Positions 51,333 through 61,211 of a stretch of DNA of 64,000 nucleotides are shown here, piece by piece. Numbering within the stretch: the stretch's first letter is position 1; each line of letters opens with the position of its first letter. A program made the position numbers and the translations under genes. Source of the stretch: an uncultured delta proteobacterium (lineage in GTDB: Bacteria > Myxococcota > Myxococcia > Myxococcales > Anaeromyxobacteraceae); contig CAWJSR010000028.1 in NCBI GenBank assembly GCA_963845515.1, positions 64,001-128,000 of the forward strand, given 5' to 3'. Below the pieces are notes generated by a model. That model made no database searches. It had not been told where the DNA came from and saw only the letters and a program-made list of their open reading frames with translations.

Positions 51333-52502
51333 TCAGGTGTCGTCGAGGCCGTTGCAGTTGGAGTCGACGCCGTCTCCCGCCGTCTCGGTGGCGCCCGGGT
51401 AGATCGTGGCGTCCGTGTCGTTGCAGTCGCGATCGGTGTCCCAGTCCTGGGTGTAGTAGTAGTCGCGGTCGACGTCCTGGCCGTAGCTCACCCACGTCGG
51501 GGCGTAGTAGCCGACGTCTACGCCGGAAGCCGCCGAGTACTCGACGTAGAACGTCCTGGAGGCGGCCGTGTCGTTCTGTGCCCAGAGCGAGGGATAGTTC
51601 GTGCTCGAGTCGACCACCGTCGCGGCGTCCGAGTCGTAGAGCGTGGCGGCTAGCCCGCTGCTGCCGGCGACCTCGTCGTGGATGGTGGAGATCTCGATCG
51701 CCGTCCAGGCCGGAACGGAGATCCGGAACCAGTCGGTGTCGCCAGCCGGCGCGATGGTCCTGCCGTTCGCCCGCAGCACGGCGGTCATGTAGATGATCTC
51801 CGGGTCGCCGAGCGAGCCCTGCATGGTCTTCGCGCTCGCGGCGGTGCCGTCGCTCTCGGCGGAGTCGGCGACGCTGCCGTCGGGGGTGTCGAGGCCGTCG
51901 CAGTCCTGGTCGATCCCGTCGTCGGCGGTCTCGCTCGCCTCCGGGTAGGCGGTGCCGTCGGCGTCGTTGCAGTCGTAGTAGGTCGAGTACGCGTCGCCGT
52001 CCGCGTCGACGAAGATGCGCGCACCGAGCGTGTAGCGCGCGACGCCGACGCCGTCCGCATTCCTGGCGTTGTTGTAGGTCGTCCCCCTCAGGTAGTAGGT
52101 GCCGCTGGTGGTGGGCGTGAAGACGATGTTGGAGTCGAGCCACAGGAAGTCGTCGCTCTCGTCGAGCAGCGTCGTGCCGTCGATGTCGTAGAGGTAGAGG
52201 TACGTGTCGCAGTTGGCCGAGAGCCGGTTGGCCGAGAACTCGTACGTGGTGTCCGCGACGAGCGTCACCTTCACCCAGTCGACGTCGCCGTCCGGGAAGA
52301 AGCTGCGAACCTGGGTCGCGCCCACCGCGATGGCGCCGGCGGTGGCCATCGTGTCGTCGCCAGCGCCCGCGTCGAAGGAGTCCGGCGAGGTCGGGTAGGC
52401 GAGCGGGTTGGCGGGCTTCGAGCTGCTGCCTCCGTCTCCGCCACACGCAGCGAGCGCTGCTGCGGCGAGGAGGGTGCTGGCGAGTCTGACGGGCTGGTTC
52501 AT
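51333..52502 (-). CDS. Lipoprotein with PPC-like domains and MopE-type metal-binding repeats
   Basis: Lipobox LAAC; GDVDW and GDTDW; DCND...YP.A.E...DG.D.(D/N)C(D/N)G occurs twice. Confidence 0.8.
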   Translation of the reverse strand: MNQPVRLASTLLAAAALAACGGDGGSSSKPANPLAYPTSPDSFDAGAGDDTMATAGAIAVGATQVRSFFPDGDVDWVKVTLVADTTYEFSANRLSANCDTYLYLYDIDGTTLLDESDDFLWLDSNIVFTPTTSGTYYLRGTTYNNARNADGVGVARYTLGARIFVDADGDAYSTYYDCNDADGTAYPEASETADDGIDQDCDGLDTPDGSVADSAESDGTAASAKTMQGSLGDPEIIYMTAVLRANGRTIAPAGDTDWFRISVPAWTAIEISTIHDEVAGSSGLAATLYDSDAATVVDSSTNYPSLWAQNDTAASRTFYVEYSAASGVDVGYYAPTWVSYGQDVDRDYYYTQDWDTDRDCNDTDATIYPGATETAGDGVDSNCNGLDDT

Positions 52503-52614
52503 GGGCTCTCCTGATCCTGGTGGGGACAGTAGAGAGCATCCGGCGACGCGGCGCGCGTCGCGTCAGCGCGGGACAGGGCCTGGCGTGTGGGTGTGGCGTG
52601 GAGCGTGTGGGCGC

Positions 52615-53058
52615 CTACCGCCGCGCCTGCCGCTGCCAGTGGCCCGAGCGGCCGCCCTTCTTCTCGAGGAGCGTGACCTCCACGATCCGCATCCCCTTCT
52701 CGTGGCGCTTGAGCATGTCGTAGATGGTGAGGCAGGCCGCGGTGACCGCGGTGAGCGCCTCCATCTCGACGCCGGTCCGGTCGACGGTCCGGACGGTGGA
52801 CGTCACCTCGAGCCCCCTGGCGCGTGAGCGGACCTCGAGCTCCACGCCGGAGAGGGAGATCGGGTGACAGAGCGGGATCAGGTCCGGCGTCCGCTTGGCG
52901 GCCATGACGCCGGCGATCCGGGCGGCGGCGACGACGTCCCCCTTCTCGACCTCGCCGCGCCTGACGAGCGCGAGCGTGGCGCGGGACATCTCGACGAAGC
53001 CACGGGCGACGGCCACCCGCTCGGTTGCCGGCTTCGCGCCGACGTCGATCATCCTCAT
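52615..53058 (-). CDS. moaC: Cyclic pyranopterin monophosphate synthase
   Basis: MIDVGAK, KGDV, LIPLCHP, TGVEMEAL, TIYDMLK, KKGGRSG. Confidence 0.97.
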   Translation of the reverse strand: MRMIDVGAKPATERVAVARGFVEMSRATLALVRRGEVEKGDVVAAARIAGVMAAKRTPDLIPLCHPISLSGVELEVRSRARGLEVTSTVRTVDRTGVEMEALTAVTAACLTIYDMLKRHEKGMRIVEVTLLEKKGGRSGHWQRQARR

Positions 53059-53085
53059 GTGAAGGCTCTCCCCGGACGCCGGGGC

Positions 53086-54018
53086 TCAGTGCGCCTGCTC
53101 GCCGAGCCAGCGCTCGGCGTCGATCGCGGCCTGGCAGCCCATCCCGGCCGCGGAGACCGCCTGCCGGTAGGTCGGGTCGGCCACGTCGCCGGCGGCGAAG
53201 ACCCCGGGGACCGACGTGTAGGTGGACGGAGCCTTGATTCGCAGATAACCGACCTCGTTCATCTCGAGCTGTCCCTTGAAGACGCCGGTGTTCGGCTGGT
53301 GGCCGATCCCCATGAAGACCCCCTTGAGCGGGATCTCGCGGATCTTCCCGTCGTTGGTGCCCTTCACGCGGAGCCCGGTGACCGCCTTCCCGTCCCCCAG
53401 GATCTCCTCGGGGATGGCGCTCAGGACCAGCTCGACCTTCGGGTTCTTCGCCGCCCGGTCAGCCATGATCTTCGAGGCGCGGAGCTGGTCGCGGCGGTGG
53501 ACGATGTAGACCTTCGTCGCGAACTTGGTGAGGAAGTCGGCCTCCTCCATCGCCGTGTCGCCCCCGCCGATCACTGCCACCTCGGTCCCCTTGAAGAAGA
53601 AGCCGTCGCAGGTGGCGCAGGCCGACACGCCGCGGCCGCGGTACTTCTCCTCGGAGGGCAGACCGAGCCACTTGGCCGTGGCGCCGGTCGAGACGATCAC
53701 CGCGTCGGCCGTGAGCGCCTCGTCACCCGACCAGAGCTGGAACGGCCGCTTCGAGAAGTCGACGCGGGTGATCTCCTTGCCCTCGAAGCGGGTCCCGAAG
53801 CGCTCCGCCTGCTTCCGCATCTGCTCCATCAGCAGCGGGCCGACGATCCCGTCGGGGAAGCCGGGGTAGTTCTCCACCTCGTTGGTGATGGTGAGCTGCC
53901 CGCCGGGCTGCATGCCCTCGAAGAGGACCGGCTTCAGCTCCCCGCGCGAGGCGTAGATGGCGGCGGTGTAGCCGGCGGGTCCGCTGCCGATGATGACGAG
54001 CTTCTCGTGCTGGGCCAT
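53086..54018 (-). CDS. trxB: Thioredoxin reductase
   Basis: IIGSGPAG, GGQL, CATCDG, GGGDTA, FAAGDV. Confidence 0.97.
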   Translation of the reverse strand: MAQHEKLVIIGSGPAGYTAAIYASRGELKPVLFEGMQPGGQLTITNEVENYPGFPDGIVGPLLMEQMRKQAERFGTRFEGKEITRVDFSKRPFQLWSGDEALTADAVIVSTGATAKWLGLPSEEKYRGRGVSACATCDGFFFKGTEVAVIGGGDTAMEEADFLTKFATKVYIVHRRDQLRASKIMADRAAKNPKVELVLSAIPEEILGDGKAVTGLRVKGTNDGKIREIPLKGVFMGIGHQPNTGVFKGQLEMNEVGYLRIKAPSTYTSVPGVFAAGDVADPTYRQAVSAAGMGCQAAIDAERWLGEQAH

Positions 54019-54171
54019 GCGGTTGGATCTCCTCGATGCGGGGGTGCGACGTGTCCTGTCTAGCTCCATTGGAGCCCGCTTGTCATGCACCGGTTCGACG
54101 CGCCCTGGCCGGTTGACCGGCGGGGGGGATTTGGCGCACATTCCAGCCGCTTTTCACCTCCTGGGAGCCAC

Positions 54172-55224
54172 ATGCGCACTCTCAACCTCCTCGTCGGCGC
54201 AGCGGTGATCGTCGCCGCCGCCTGCCAGCCCGCTCGCACCTCCTCCGCGAGCGGTCCCCAGAAGCTCGACCCGAAGACGCCCGTCGCACGGATGGCGTCC
54301 GGCACCATCACCGCCGGCGAGCTCGACGAGCTCGTGAAGGGTGAGCTCCGCAAGATGGAGTCCGAGTACCAGGAGCGCATGTACGAGGCGCGCCGCGGCG
54401 CGCTCGAGTCCCTCATCGTCAAGCGGCTCGTCGAGGGGAAGGCCAAGGCCGAGAACCTCACGGCCGAGGAGTACGCGGAGCGCGAGGTGCTCAAGAAGGT
54501 CCCCGAGCCGACCGAGGAGGAGATCCGCAACCTCTACGACCGCGCCGTCGCCGGCGGCGAGAAGCTCCCGCCCCTCGACAAGGTGAAGCCCGAGATCGCC
54601 CGCTTCATCAAGCAGCAGAAGGGGCGCGACGCCGCGAGGGCCTGGTACGACGAGCTCAAGAAGGAGGCGAAGGTCGAGATCCTGCTGCCCGCCTGGGAGC
54701 CGCCGAAGGTCGAGGTCGCGGCCGTCGGTCCCGCGAAGGGGCCGGCCAACGCGCCGATCACGATCGTGGAGTTCTCCGACTTCGAGTGCCCGTTCTGCGT
54801 GCGGGCCGAGCAGACGGTGAAGGACCTGCTCGACGCGTACCCGGGCAAGATCCGCGTGGTCTACCGCGACTTCCCGCTCCCCAACCACAAGCAGGCCCCG
54901 AAGGCGGCCGAGGCGTCGCACTGCGCCGACGACCAGGGGAAGTACTGGGAGATGCACGGCAAGCTCTTCGCGGCCGAGGGCAAGCTGGCGCCCACCGACC
55001 TCAAGGGCTACGCCCGGGAGATCGGCGTCGACGGCGCGCGCTTCGACCGCTGCCTCGAGTCGGGAGAGAAGGCGAAGGTCGTCGAGTCCCACCGGAAGGC
55101 GGGTGAGGAGGCGGGCGTCAGCGGGACGCCGGCGTTCTTCATCAACGGCCGGCTCATCAGCGGGGCGCAGCCGCTCGAGAACTTCAGGGCGATCGTGGAC
55201 AAGGAGCTCGGCCTCAAGAAGTAG
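54172..55224 (+). CDS. DsbA/thioredoxin-fold lipoprotein
   Basis: Lipobox AAAC; EFSDFECPFC, RDFPL, GTPAFFING. Confidence 0.92.
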   Translation: MRTLNLLVGAAVIVAAACQPARTSSASGPQKLDPKTPVARMASGTITAGELDELVKGELRKMESEYQERMYEARRGALESLIVKRLVEGKAKAENLTAEEYAEREVLKKVPEPTEEEIRNLYDRAVAGGEKLPPLDKVKPEIARFIKQQKGRDAARAWYDELKKEAKVEILLPAWEPPKVEVAAVGPAKGPANAPITIVEFSDFECPFCVRAEQTVKDLLDAYPGKIRVVYRDFPLPNHKQAPKAAEASHCADDQGKYWEMHGKLFAAEGKLAPTDLKGYAREIGVDGARFDRCLESGEKAKVVESHRKAGEEAGVSGTPAFFINGRLISGAQPLENFRAIVDKELGLKK

Positions 55225-55264
55225 GGGCCGCGCCCGCCTGCGAGGCGTGGCGAGGGTGCGCGAC

Positions 55265-56374
55265 ATGGGTGCGTTCGGCGACGGCAGGGCGGTCTCGCTG
55301 GGGGAGCGGCGTCGCACCCGCCAGGTCAGGATCGGCGGCGTCGCGATCGGCGGCGGCGCGCCGATCGCCGTCCAGTCGATGACCTGCACCCAGACCGCCG
55401 ACGTCGCGTCCACGCTCGGGCAGGTGCGCGCGCTCGCCGAGGCGGGCGCCGACCTGGTGCGGCTCGCGGTCCCCGACGCCGACGCGGCGGCAGCGCTCGG
55501 CGAGATCGTCCGCGGCTCGCCGGTCCCGCTCGTCGCGGACATCCACTTCGATCATCGGCTGGCGCTGAAGGCGCTCGACGCCGGCATCCACGGGATCCGG
55601 CTGAACCCCGGCAACATCGGCGCGCGCGAGCGCGTGCGCGAGGTGGTCCGGGCCGCGGCCGAGCGCAGCGTCCCGATCAGGATCGGCGTCAACGCCGGGT
55701 CGCTCGAGAAGGAGATCCTCGCGCGGCACGGCTGGCCCACCGCCGAGGGGATGGTCGAGAGCGCGGAGCGGCACATCCGGTTCCTCGAGGACGAGGGCTA
55801 CCGGGAGATCAAGGTCTCGCTCAAGGCGCACGACATCGCGATGACCGTGCGCGCCAACCGGCTCTTCGCCGAGCGGTTCGACTACCCGCTCCACCTCGGG
55901 ATCACCGAGGCGGGGACGCTCCAGGCCGGGACCATCAAGAGCTCGGCCGGGATCGCCATCCTGCTCGCCGACGGCATCGGCGACACCATCCGCGTGTCGC
56001 TCACCGCCGACCCCGTCGAGGAGATCCGCGTCGCGCGGACCCTCCTCAAGTCGCTGGGGCTCAAGTTCGGCGGCGCCACCCTCACCTCCTGCCCGACCTG
56101 CGGCCGCTGCGCGGTCGCGATGATCCCGATCGCGGAGCGCGTCGAGCGGCGGCTCGCCGACGTGAAGGGCGAGGTCCAGGTGGCGGTGATGGGGTGCGAG
56201 GTGAACGGCCCCGGCGAGGCGGCGGCCGCCGACGTGGGGATCGCCTTCGGCCACGAGGGGGTCGGGCTCCTCTTCGAGGGCGGGAAGATCGTCCGGCGGA
56301 TGAAGGTGGAGGAGCTGGAGGACGTGCTCGTCGCAGAGGCGCTCAGGATCGCGGCGGAGCGGGCGAAGGGGTAG
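55265..56374 (+). CDS. ispG: HMBPP synthase
   Basis: PIAVQSM, ADIHF, RLNPGN, RIGVNAGSL, LHLGITEAG, SCPTCGR, VMGCEVNGPGE. Confidence 0.97.
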   Translation: MGAFGDGRAVSLGERRRTRQVRIGGVAIGGGAPIAVQSMTCTQTADVASTLGQVRALAEAGADLVRLAVPDADAAAALGEIVRGSPVPLVADIHFDHRLALKALDAGIHGIRLNPGNIGARERVREVVRAAAERSVPIRIGVNAGSLEKEILARHGWPTAEGMVESAERHIRFLEDEGYREIKVSLKAHDIAMTVRANRLFAERFDYPLHLGITEAGTLQAGTIKSSAGIAILLADGIGDTIRVSLTADPVEEIRVARTLLKSLGLKFGGATLTSCPTCGRCAVAMIPIAERVERRLADVKGEVQVAVMGCEVNGPGEAAAADVGIAFGHEGVGLLFEGGKIVRRMKVEELEDVLVAEALRIAAERAKG

Positions 56375-56488
56375 ATAGACCCGGACGTGGCGCGCGTCGT
56401 GCCTCTCAGTGTACCCTTCAGCGGCGTCGCGCGGTGCGGCGCGGGGGCCTGGCGTCAGGCGCTGGGCGAACGCCAGAAGGGGGATCTC

Positions 56489-57787
56489 GTGAGGGATGGT
56501 CTCAGGTTGATTCGCGGTGGTCTGCTGGTCGCGGCGCTCGTGTCGGCTTCCTGCAACCCCGCGGACGATGGCGGCACGAAGCCCACCGGCGGCGCGTCGT
56601 GGCTCAACTTCGTTCCGACGTCGTTCAACGTGGCCACGACGCCGGGATTCAGCACGCCGTTCACGCTGAACGTGCACTCCTACAGGACGTTCACGCAGCC
56701 GGTCAACGTGGCCCTCATCGACCTCGGAGGCGTCACTGACGGGAACGTCGTCCTCCATGCCTACTCGGCGAGCGACTACGCAGCCGACTTCTGGACCCGC
56801 ACCTCGCTGGAGACCGGCACGCACACCGGGTCCATCAGGGTGAGGCTCTGCTACGACAATCCGCTGGTCTGCGCCCAGGAGGTCGACGGCTCTCCGTGGA
56901 CCATTCCGTACAGCGTCCTGGTGATCGACGAGTCCCTGTACTCGTTCGCGCGCTGGGAGACGGTGCGGGCGACCACGCCCTTCCTCGACGACTACGCGCT
57001 CACCGCCATGGGGTCGACCCTCGTCGCAGCCTCCGCGGGGTTCTACTCGGGGGTCATGGAGACGTGGACCTCGGTGGACGAAGGAGCGAACTGGACCAGG
57101 TCGGCGGCCGCCGGCCCGACCCCCTTCACCCGGAACTTCGCCCTCGCCGCCGACGGCGCCGCGGTGTTCCTCTCGGGAGGCGAGCTGCTCGGCCCCTCCA
57201 GCGCCCCTCTGGGAACGTACTCGAGCGCAGTCTGGAAGTTCGACGGCACCTCCTGGACGCAGATGACGGCCGCGGCTCCCTGGTCGGCCCGTGCCCAGCA
57301 CTCGATGGTCCGGCTCGGTTCGGACCTGTACGTCTTCGGCGGGCGGACTGCGGCCGACCTCACCGACGCGTGGAGGTCTTCGGACGACGGCGCCACGTGG
57401 AGCCTCCTGAGCGATCCGCTCCCCGCCGGCGGGGGCGGCGCCACCTGCGCCGTCGCGCGGAGCGGCGGAATCCTCCTCGCGAAGTCGGGGGTCTGGACCT
57501 CCTCCGACGGGACGGCCTGGCAGGCCCAGGCCGGCTACGCAGCGCCCTACGCCCTCGGGGCACTCGAGTGCGGCGTCCTGGGGGATCGGACCTACATCTA
57601 CGGGCCCGGACTCGGCATCCTCGGCGACGGCGTCGTCTCCTCCGCCGACCTCGTGACGTGGCAGTTCGAGCCCGGCCCGACCTTCCACGGCGTGGTCCCC
57701 TCGTTGACCGCGGTGAACGGAAGGCTCTTCATCCTGGCGGGCGCCGGGACCTCCGCCCGGCCAGTCGTGCGCACCGTGCCCTGGTAG
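56489..57787 (+). CDS. Kelch/BNR-repeat beta-propeller lipoprotein
   Basis: Lipobox SASC; S.D.GA.W Asp-boxes; YVFGG Kelch motif. Confidence 0.75.
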   Translation: MRDGLRLIRGGLLVAALVSASCNPADDGGTKPTGGASWLNFVPTSFNVATTPGFSTPFTLNVHSYRTFTQPVNVALIDLGGVTDGNVVLHAYSASDYAADFWTRTSLETGTHTGSIRVRLCYDNPLVCAQEVDGSPWTIPYSVLVIDESLYSFARWETVRATTPFLDDYALTAMGSTLVAASAGFYSGVMETWTSVDEGANWTRSAAAGPTPFTRNFALAADGAAVFLSGGELLGPSSAPLGTYSSAVWKFDGTSWTQMTAAAPWSARAQHSMVRLGSDLYVFGGRTAADLTDAWRSSDDGATWSLLSDPLPAGGGGATCAVARSGGILLAKSGVWTSSDGTAWQAQAGYAAPYALGALECGVLGDRTYIYGPGLGILGDGVVSSADLVTWQFEPGPTFHGVVPSLTAVNGRLFILAGAGTSARPVVRTVPW

Positions 57788-57910
57788 CGGGCCTCCACGA
57801 GGGTGGCGGCCGCCTGCGGCGGGGCGAGGCGGGACCGAGGCGGGTGCGAATCCGACGCGCGCGCGGTCGTGCCGCGACGTCGGAACAGCCGCGCGAGGAT
57901 GCTCGCGCAG

Positions 57911-57950
57911 CCCCCTCACCCTCTCCCCCGGTGGGGAGAGGGGAGGATGG
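57911..57950. repeat. REP-like palindrome / possible bidirectional terminator
   Basis: CCCTCTCCCC-CGGT-GGGGAGAGGG hairpin preceded by CCCCCTCA, between convergent genes. Confidence 0.6.
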
Positions 57951-57970
57951 GTTGCGGGGCTCGGAGCCTG

Positions 57971-59461
57971 CTACTGCGCGACGACGGAGAAGACGCCGAG
58001 GAGATCCTCGGACATCGAGATGGGCTCGTCCTTCACGTTGTGCACGACCAGCCGGACCTGGTAGGTGGACCCGGCCGTAAGCGTCGCTGGCGTCGTGGCG
58101 CTCGTGACGGTGCCGGTCCCGGCAGGGGTGCCATAGACCACGGGGCTGGCGGTCGCCGTGGCGGTCCAGGCGGTCGAGCCCGTCTCGCTCACGACCTTGA
58201 TCTCGTAGTAGCTGGCGGACGAATAGGCCTCCCAGGCGAAGCTCGGCGTCGCGCTGGTCGTCGTGCAGCCGCCGATCGGGAGCGTCCCGGGATCGGCTGG
58301 GAGGGGGTTGACCGTGCTGCACGCGCCCGTGGCGTCGGCGATCGGCGCCGTCAGGCGGACGGCGCCCGTGACCTTGAACATGCCGATGTCGGCTGCGGAC
58401 GAGCCGTCCATGAAGAGCGGCACGCCGTCGACCACCTCGAACTCGAGGACGGCGGTCCCGCCGGTGGGGGAGACGTCGCGCACGATGTAGTCGGTCTCGA
58501 ACGCCGCGAGCGCCTTGTAGTGGCCGTCGGGGATGCCGGTGATCGACCACGTGCCGTTGTCGACGTCCCTGGCCCTCAGGCCCGGCGGCGTCTGGCCGCG
58601 GAGCGTCAGCGGATCGAGGGTCGAGGCGACGACGAGGAGGACGCTCGTGTAGTTCCAGTCGGTCCTGCTGACGAAGTTCACCTGGCCGCCCACCGTCGCG
58701 GTCGGGACCTCCGACTTGTTGAGGTCGGCGGTGACGGGGTTCGTCCCGGCGGCTGCGACCGCCGCCCCGACTACCGGCGTGAAGTTGACCCCCTTCGCGT
58801 AGGCGGTGACGTCGCAGGTGCCGTCCGGCACGTTGAAGATCGCGTAGCTCCCGTCGCTGCCCGGGACCGCGGTGTACACGACGCCGCCGCACTCCGCGAC
58901 GACGAGGGCGCCCCCGGAGGCTGGGAGCTGAACGGTGCCGGCGATCTCGCCGGTAGGCGCGCCCGCGATGGCGGCGAGGCCTACGTCGGTGAGCGAGCTC
59001 TGGACCGTCCAGCGCCCCGTGCCGTGGGTCGCGGCGGTGAGCGCGATCGGCAGGGCGGTGCGCAGCCCGGAGGGGAAGGACTCGTAGCCCCTACGATCCG
59101 CGCGGAGAGTCACGGTGCCCGACGCGGGGGAGCCGTCGCCGTTGCGCGAGGCGCGCACGCTGAACTCGTAGGTGCCGTCGGCGGCCGAGATCGCCACCGT
59201 CGAGACGGGGGCGCCGTCCACGTCCTGTCCGACGACGCGCGCGGCCTCGAGGCTGGTGGCCGGGACGCCGAGGTCGTAGACGCGCCCTCGCACGTAGATC
59301 GGGTCGGCGCAGACGGGATCGGCGCCGGGCACGCTCTCGCAAACCTGGCCGCCGTCACAGCCGGTCTGTACGCAGGTCTGCTTCGAGTCCGACTCGCCGC
59401 GGCACCCCACGACGGCGAGGAGGGCGGCGGTGGTCAACGCAAGGAGTCGCTGGTGTTGCAT
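57971..59461 (-). CDS. Lipoprotein with carboxypeptidase-regulatory-like beta-sandwich domains
   Basis: Lipobox VVGC, Cys-rich start, DGTYEF and DGSYAIFNVPDG motifs. Confidence 0.75.
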   Translation of the reverse strand: MQHQRLLALTTAALLAVVGCRGESDSKQTCVQTGCDGGQVCESVPGADPVCADPIYVRGRVYDLGVPATSLEAARVVGQDVDGAPVSTVAISAADGTYEFSVRASRNGDGSPASGTVTLRADRRGYESFPSGLRTALPIALTAATHGTGRWTVQSSLTDVGLAAIAGAPTGEIAGTVQLPASGGALVVAECGGVVYTAVPGSDGSYAIFNVPDGTCDVTAYAKGVNFTPVVGAAVAAAGTNPVTADLNKSEVPTATVGGQVNFVSRTDWNYTSVLLVVASTLDPLTLRGQTPPGLRARDVDNGTWSITGIPDGHYKALAAFETDYIVRDVSPTGGTAVLEFEVVDGVPLFMDGSSAADIGMFKVTGAVRLTAPIADATGACSTVNPLPADPGTLPIGGCTTTSATPSFAWEAYSSASYYEIKVVSETGSTAWTATATASPVVYGTPAGTGTVTSATTPATLTAGSTYQVRLVVHNVKDEPISMSEDLLGVFSVVAQ

Positions 59462-59646
59462 GAGGGGCCTCGGTTCGAGATTGGAGTGGCGCTGGGGCGC
59501 CGGGCGATGTCCCCGGAGCGGGGGACGGCATACCATCCTCGCGGGACAAGCGGCGGCGAAGATTGCCACACGTCCGGACGGCGTAGGTGCGAGTCGTACC
59601 GGTGGGCCCGAGGTGCGAGGCGGCCCTTCATGCGCCTTTCGTCTTC

Positions 59647-61095
59647 TCAGCGCCCCAGCGTGACGACGTACGCCGCCAGCGCCCCGCGCTCCGCCTCGCT
59701 GAGGTCGAAGCGAGGCATCGCGGCGTTCATCCGGTGGAGCCGGCCCACCACGGCGTAGGCGAGCGGCTCGTTCCAGCCCGCGACCCTCCGCTCCAGCCGG
59801 ATCTCGCGGTGGCAGCTGCGGCACGCGTCGCCGAAGAGCCGCTTGCCCTCCTTGACGCGGTCGGGATCGGGGGGACCCACCGCCGCGCCCGCCTCGCTGC
59901 CGTCGAGCAGCGCCAGGTGGAGCGCGAGGTCGCGTTCGTCGGCCGAGTCGCCGGGGAAGGGCGGCGACGCCGACGAGAGCCGGTCGAGCCGCGCGATCGC
60001 CGCCGCGATGGCGGCGCGCGGCCACCCGTCGAACCTGGCGCCGAGGCCGCGCGAGGTGTGGCAGGGGGCGCACGCGAGCTCGTGGATCCGTCCTCCCCGC
60101 TCCTGGGACGCCTTAGTGCCTGCGGCGCCGAGCTCCGGCAGGACGGCACCGAGCCCCGAGCGGACCGCCGCCTCCGCCTCGTCGCGGGTCAGGCCGTTCG
60201 CCAGGAGCCAGCCGCGCCCCGGCGTGCCCAGCGTCCACGGTCCGGAGAAGCCCACACGCGCCACCTCCGCGGCGGCGACGCCGGCACCCGCGAGGAGGAG
60301 CAGCAGGGTGAGCGCGTTACGTCGGAGGACGATGAAGCGGGTGGTGGAGAGCCAGGCGACGAGCAGCGCGGCCGCCGCGAAGGACGGGGCCGCCCACGTG
60401 GCCACGCCGGCCGCCACGGTCGGGACAGGAGAATCCCCGAGCAGCACCTCCACCGGGCGCGGCCCGATCGCACGCAGCCAGAGCCAGGAGGCGACTGCCC
60501 CAGCCGAGGCGCCGCCGATCGCGAGGAGCGCACCCGAGACGGCTGCGCGCGTGCGCTGACCCTCGCCTCCGCGCGTGGCGCAGAGCAGGAGACAGGCTCC
60601 GCTCAGGGCGGCAGTGGCGCCGAGCCGGCCGAGCAGGAGCGGCAGGAGCGTGGGGTTCAGCGCCGCGTCGGCGACGGACCGCGACGCCGGCCACGCCCCG
60701 GGCGTCGTCATGAAGGAGAGCGGGAAGGTGTCCAGGGTGAGCGCGAGGACCAGGGCTACGGCCGTGAAGCCGATGGCCCAGTGGCGCTCCAGCAGCGAGA
60801 AGACGAACGCGGTGGCGAGGAGCGCCACGACCCCACCGAGCAGGGGACCGAAGGTGGCGACGAGGGTGGCGGCCGCCTGCGGCGAGGCGAGGCGGACCGA
60901 GGCGGCGAGCGCGATGGCGCTGGCCGCGCCCGCCGCCCCGGCGATCGCGACCCAGCGGACGGGCGGCGGCACGGTGGCACGCAGCCTGGCGATCGCGATC
61001 CCGGCGGCGGCGGGGAGCGCGACCGCGTGGAGCGCAGCCGTCCAGGGGAGGAGGCTCCCCCAGCCCAGGTCCATGATTTCCATGAGGTCCGTCAC
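59647..61095 (-). CDS. Polytopic membrane protein with two C-terminal c-type heme motifs
   Basis: Many TMs, then CAPCH and CRSCH; start codon uncertain. Confidence 0.75.
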   Translation of the reverse strand: MTDLMEIMDLGWGSLLPWTAALHAVALPAAAGIAIARLRATVPPPVRWVAIAGAAGAASAIALAASVRLASPQAAATLVATFGPLLGGVVALLATAFVFSLLERHWAIGFTAVALVLALTLDTFPLSFMTTPGAWPASRSVADAALNPTLLPLLLGRLGATAALSGACLLLCATRGGEGQRTRAAVSGALLAIGGASAGAVASWLWLRAIGPRPVEVLLGDSPVPTVAAGVATWAAPSFAAAALLVAWLSTTRFIVLRRNALTLLLLLAGAGVAAAEVARVGFSGPWTLGTPGRGWLLANGLTRDEAEAAVRSGLGAVLPELGAAGTKASQERGGRIHELACAPCHTSRGLGARFDGWPRAAIAAAIARLDRLSSASPPFPGDSADERDLALHLALLDGSEAGAAVGPPDPDRVKEGKRLFGDACRSCHREIRLERRVAGWNEPLAYAVVGRLHRMNAAMPRFDLSEAERGALAAYVVTLGR

Positions 61096-61211
61096 GCGTT
61101 CGACTCTCCGCCCTCTTCCCGCGGCAGCGAGGATTCTATCCCACGCCCGCGGCCCCCCGCGCCCGGCCCCGTATCCCATTTGGCTGGCGCCGCATGATAA
61201 GAAACGCGGCC

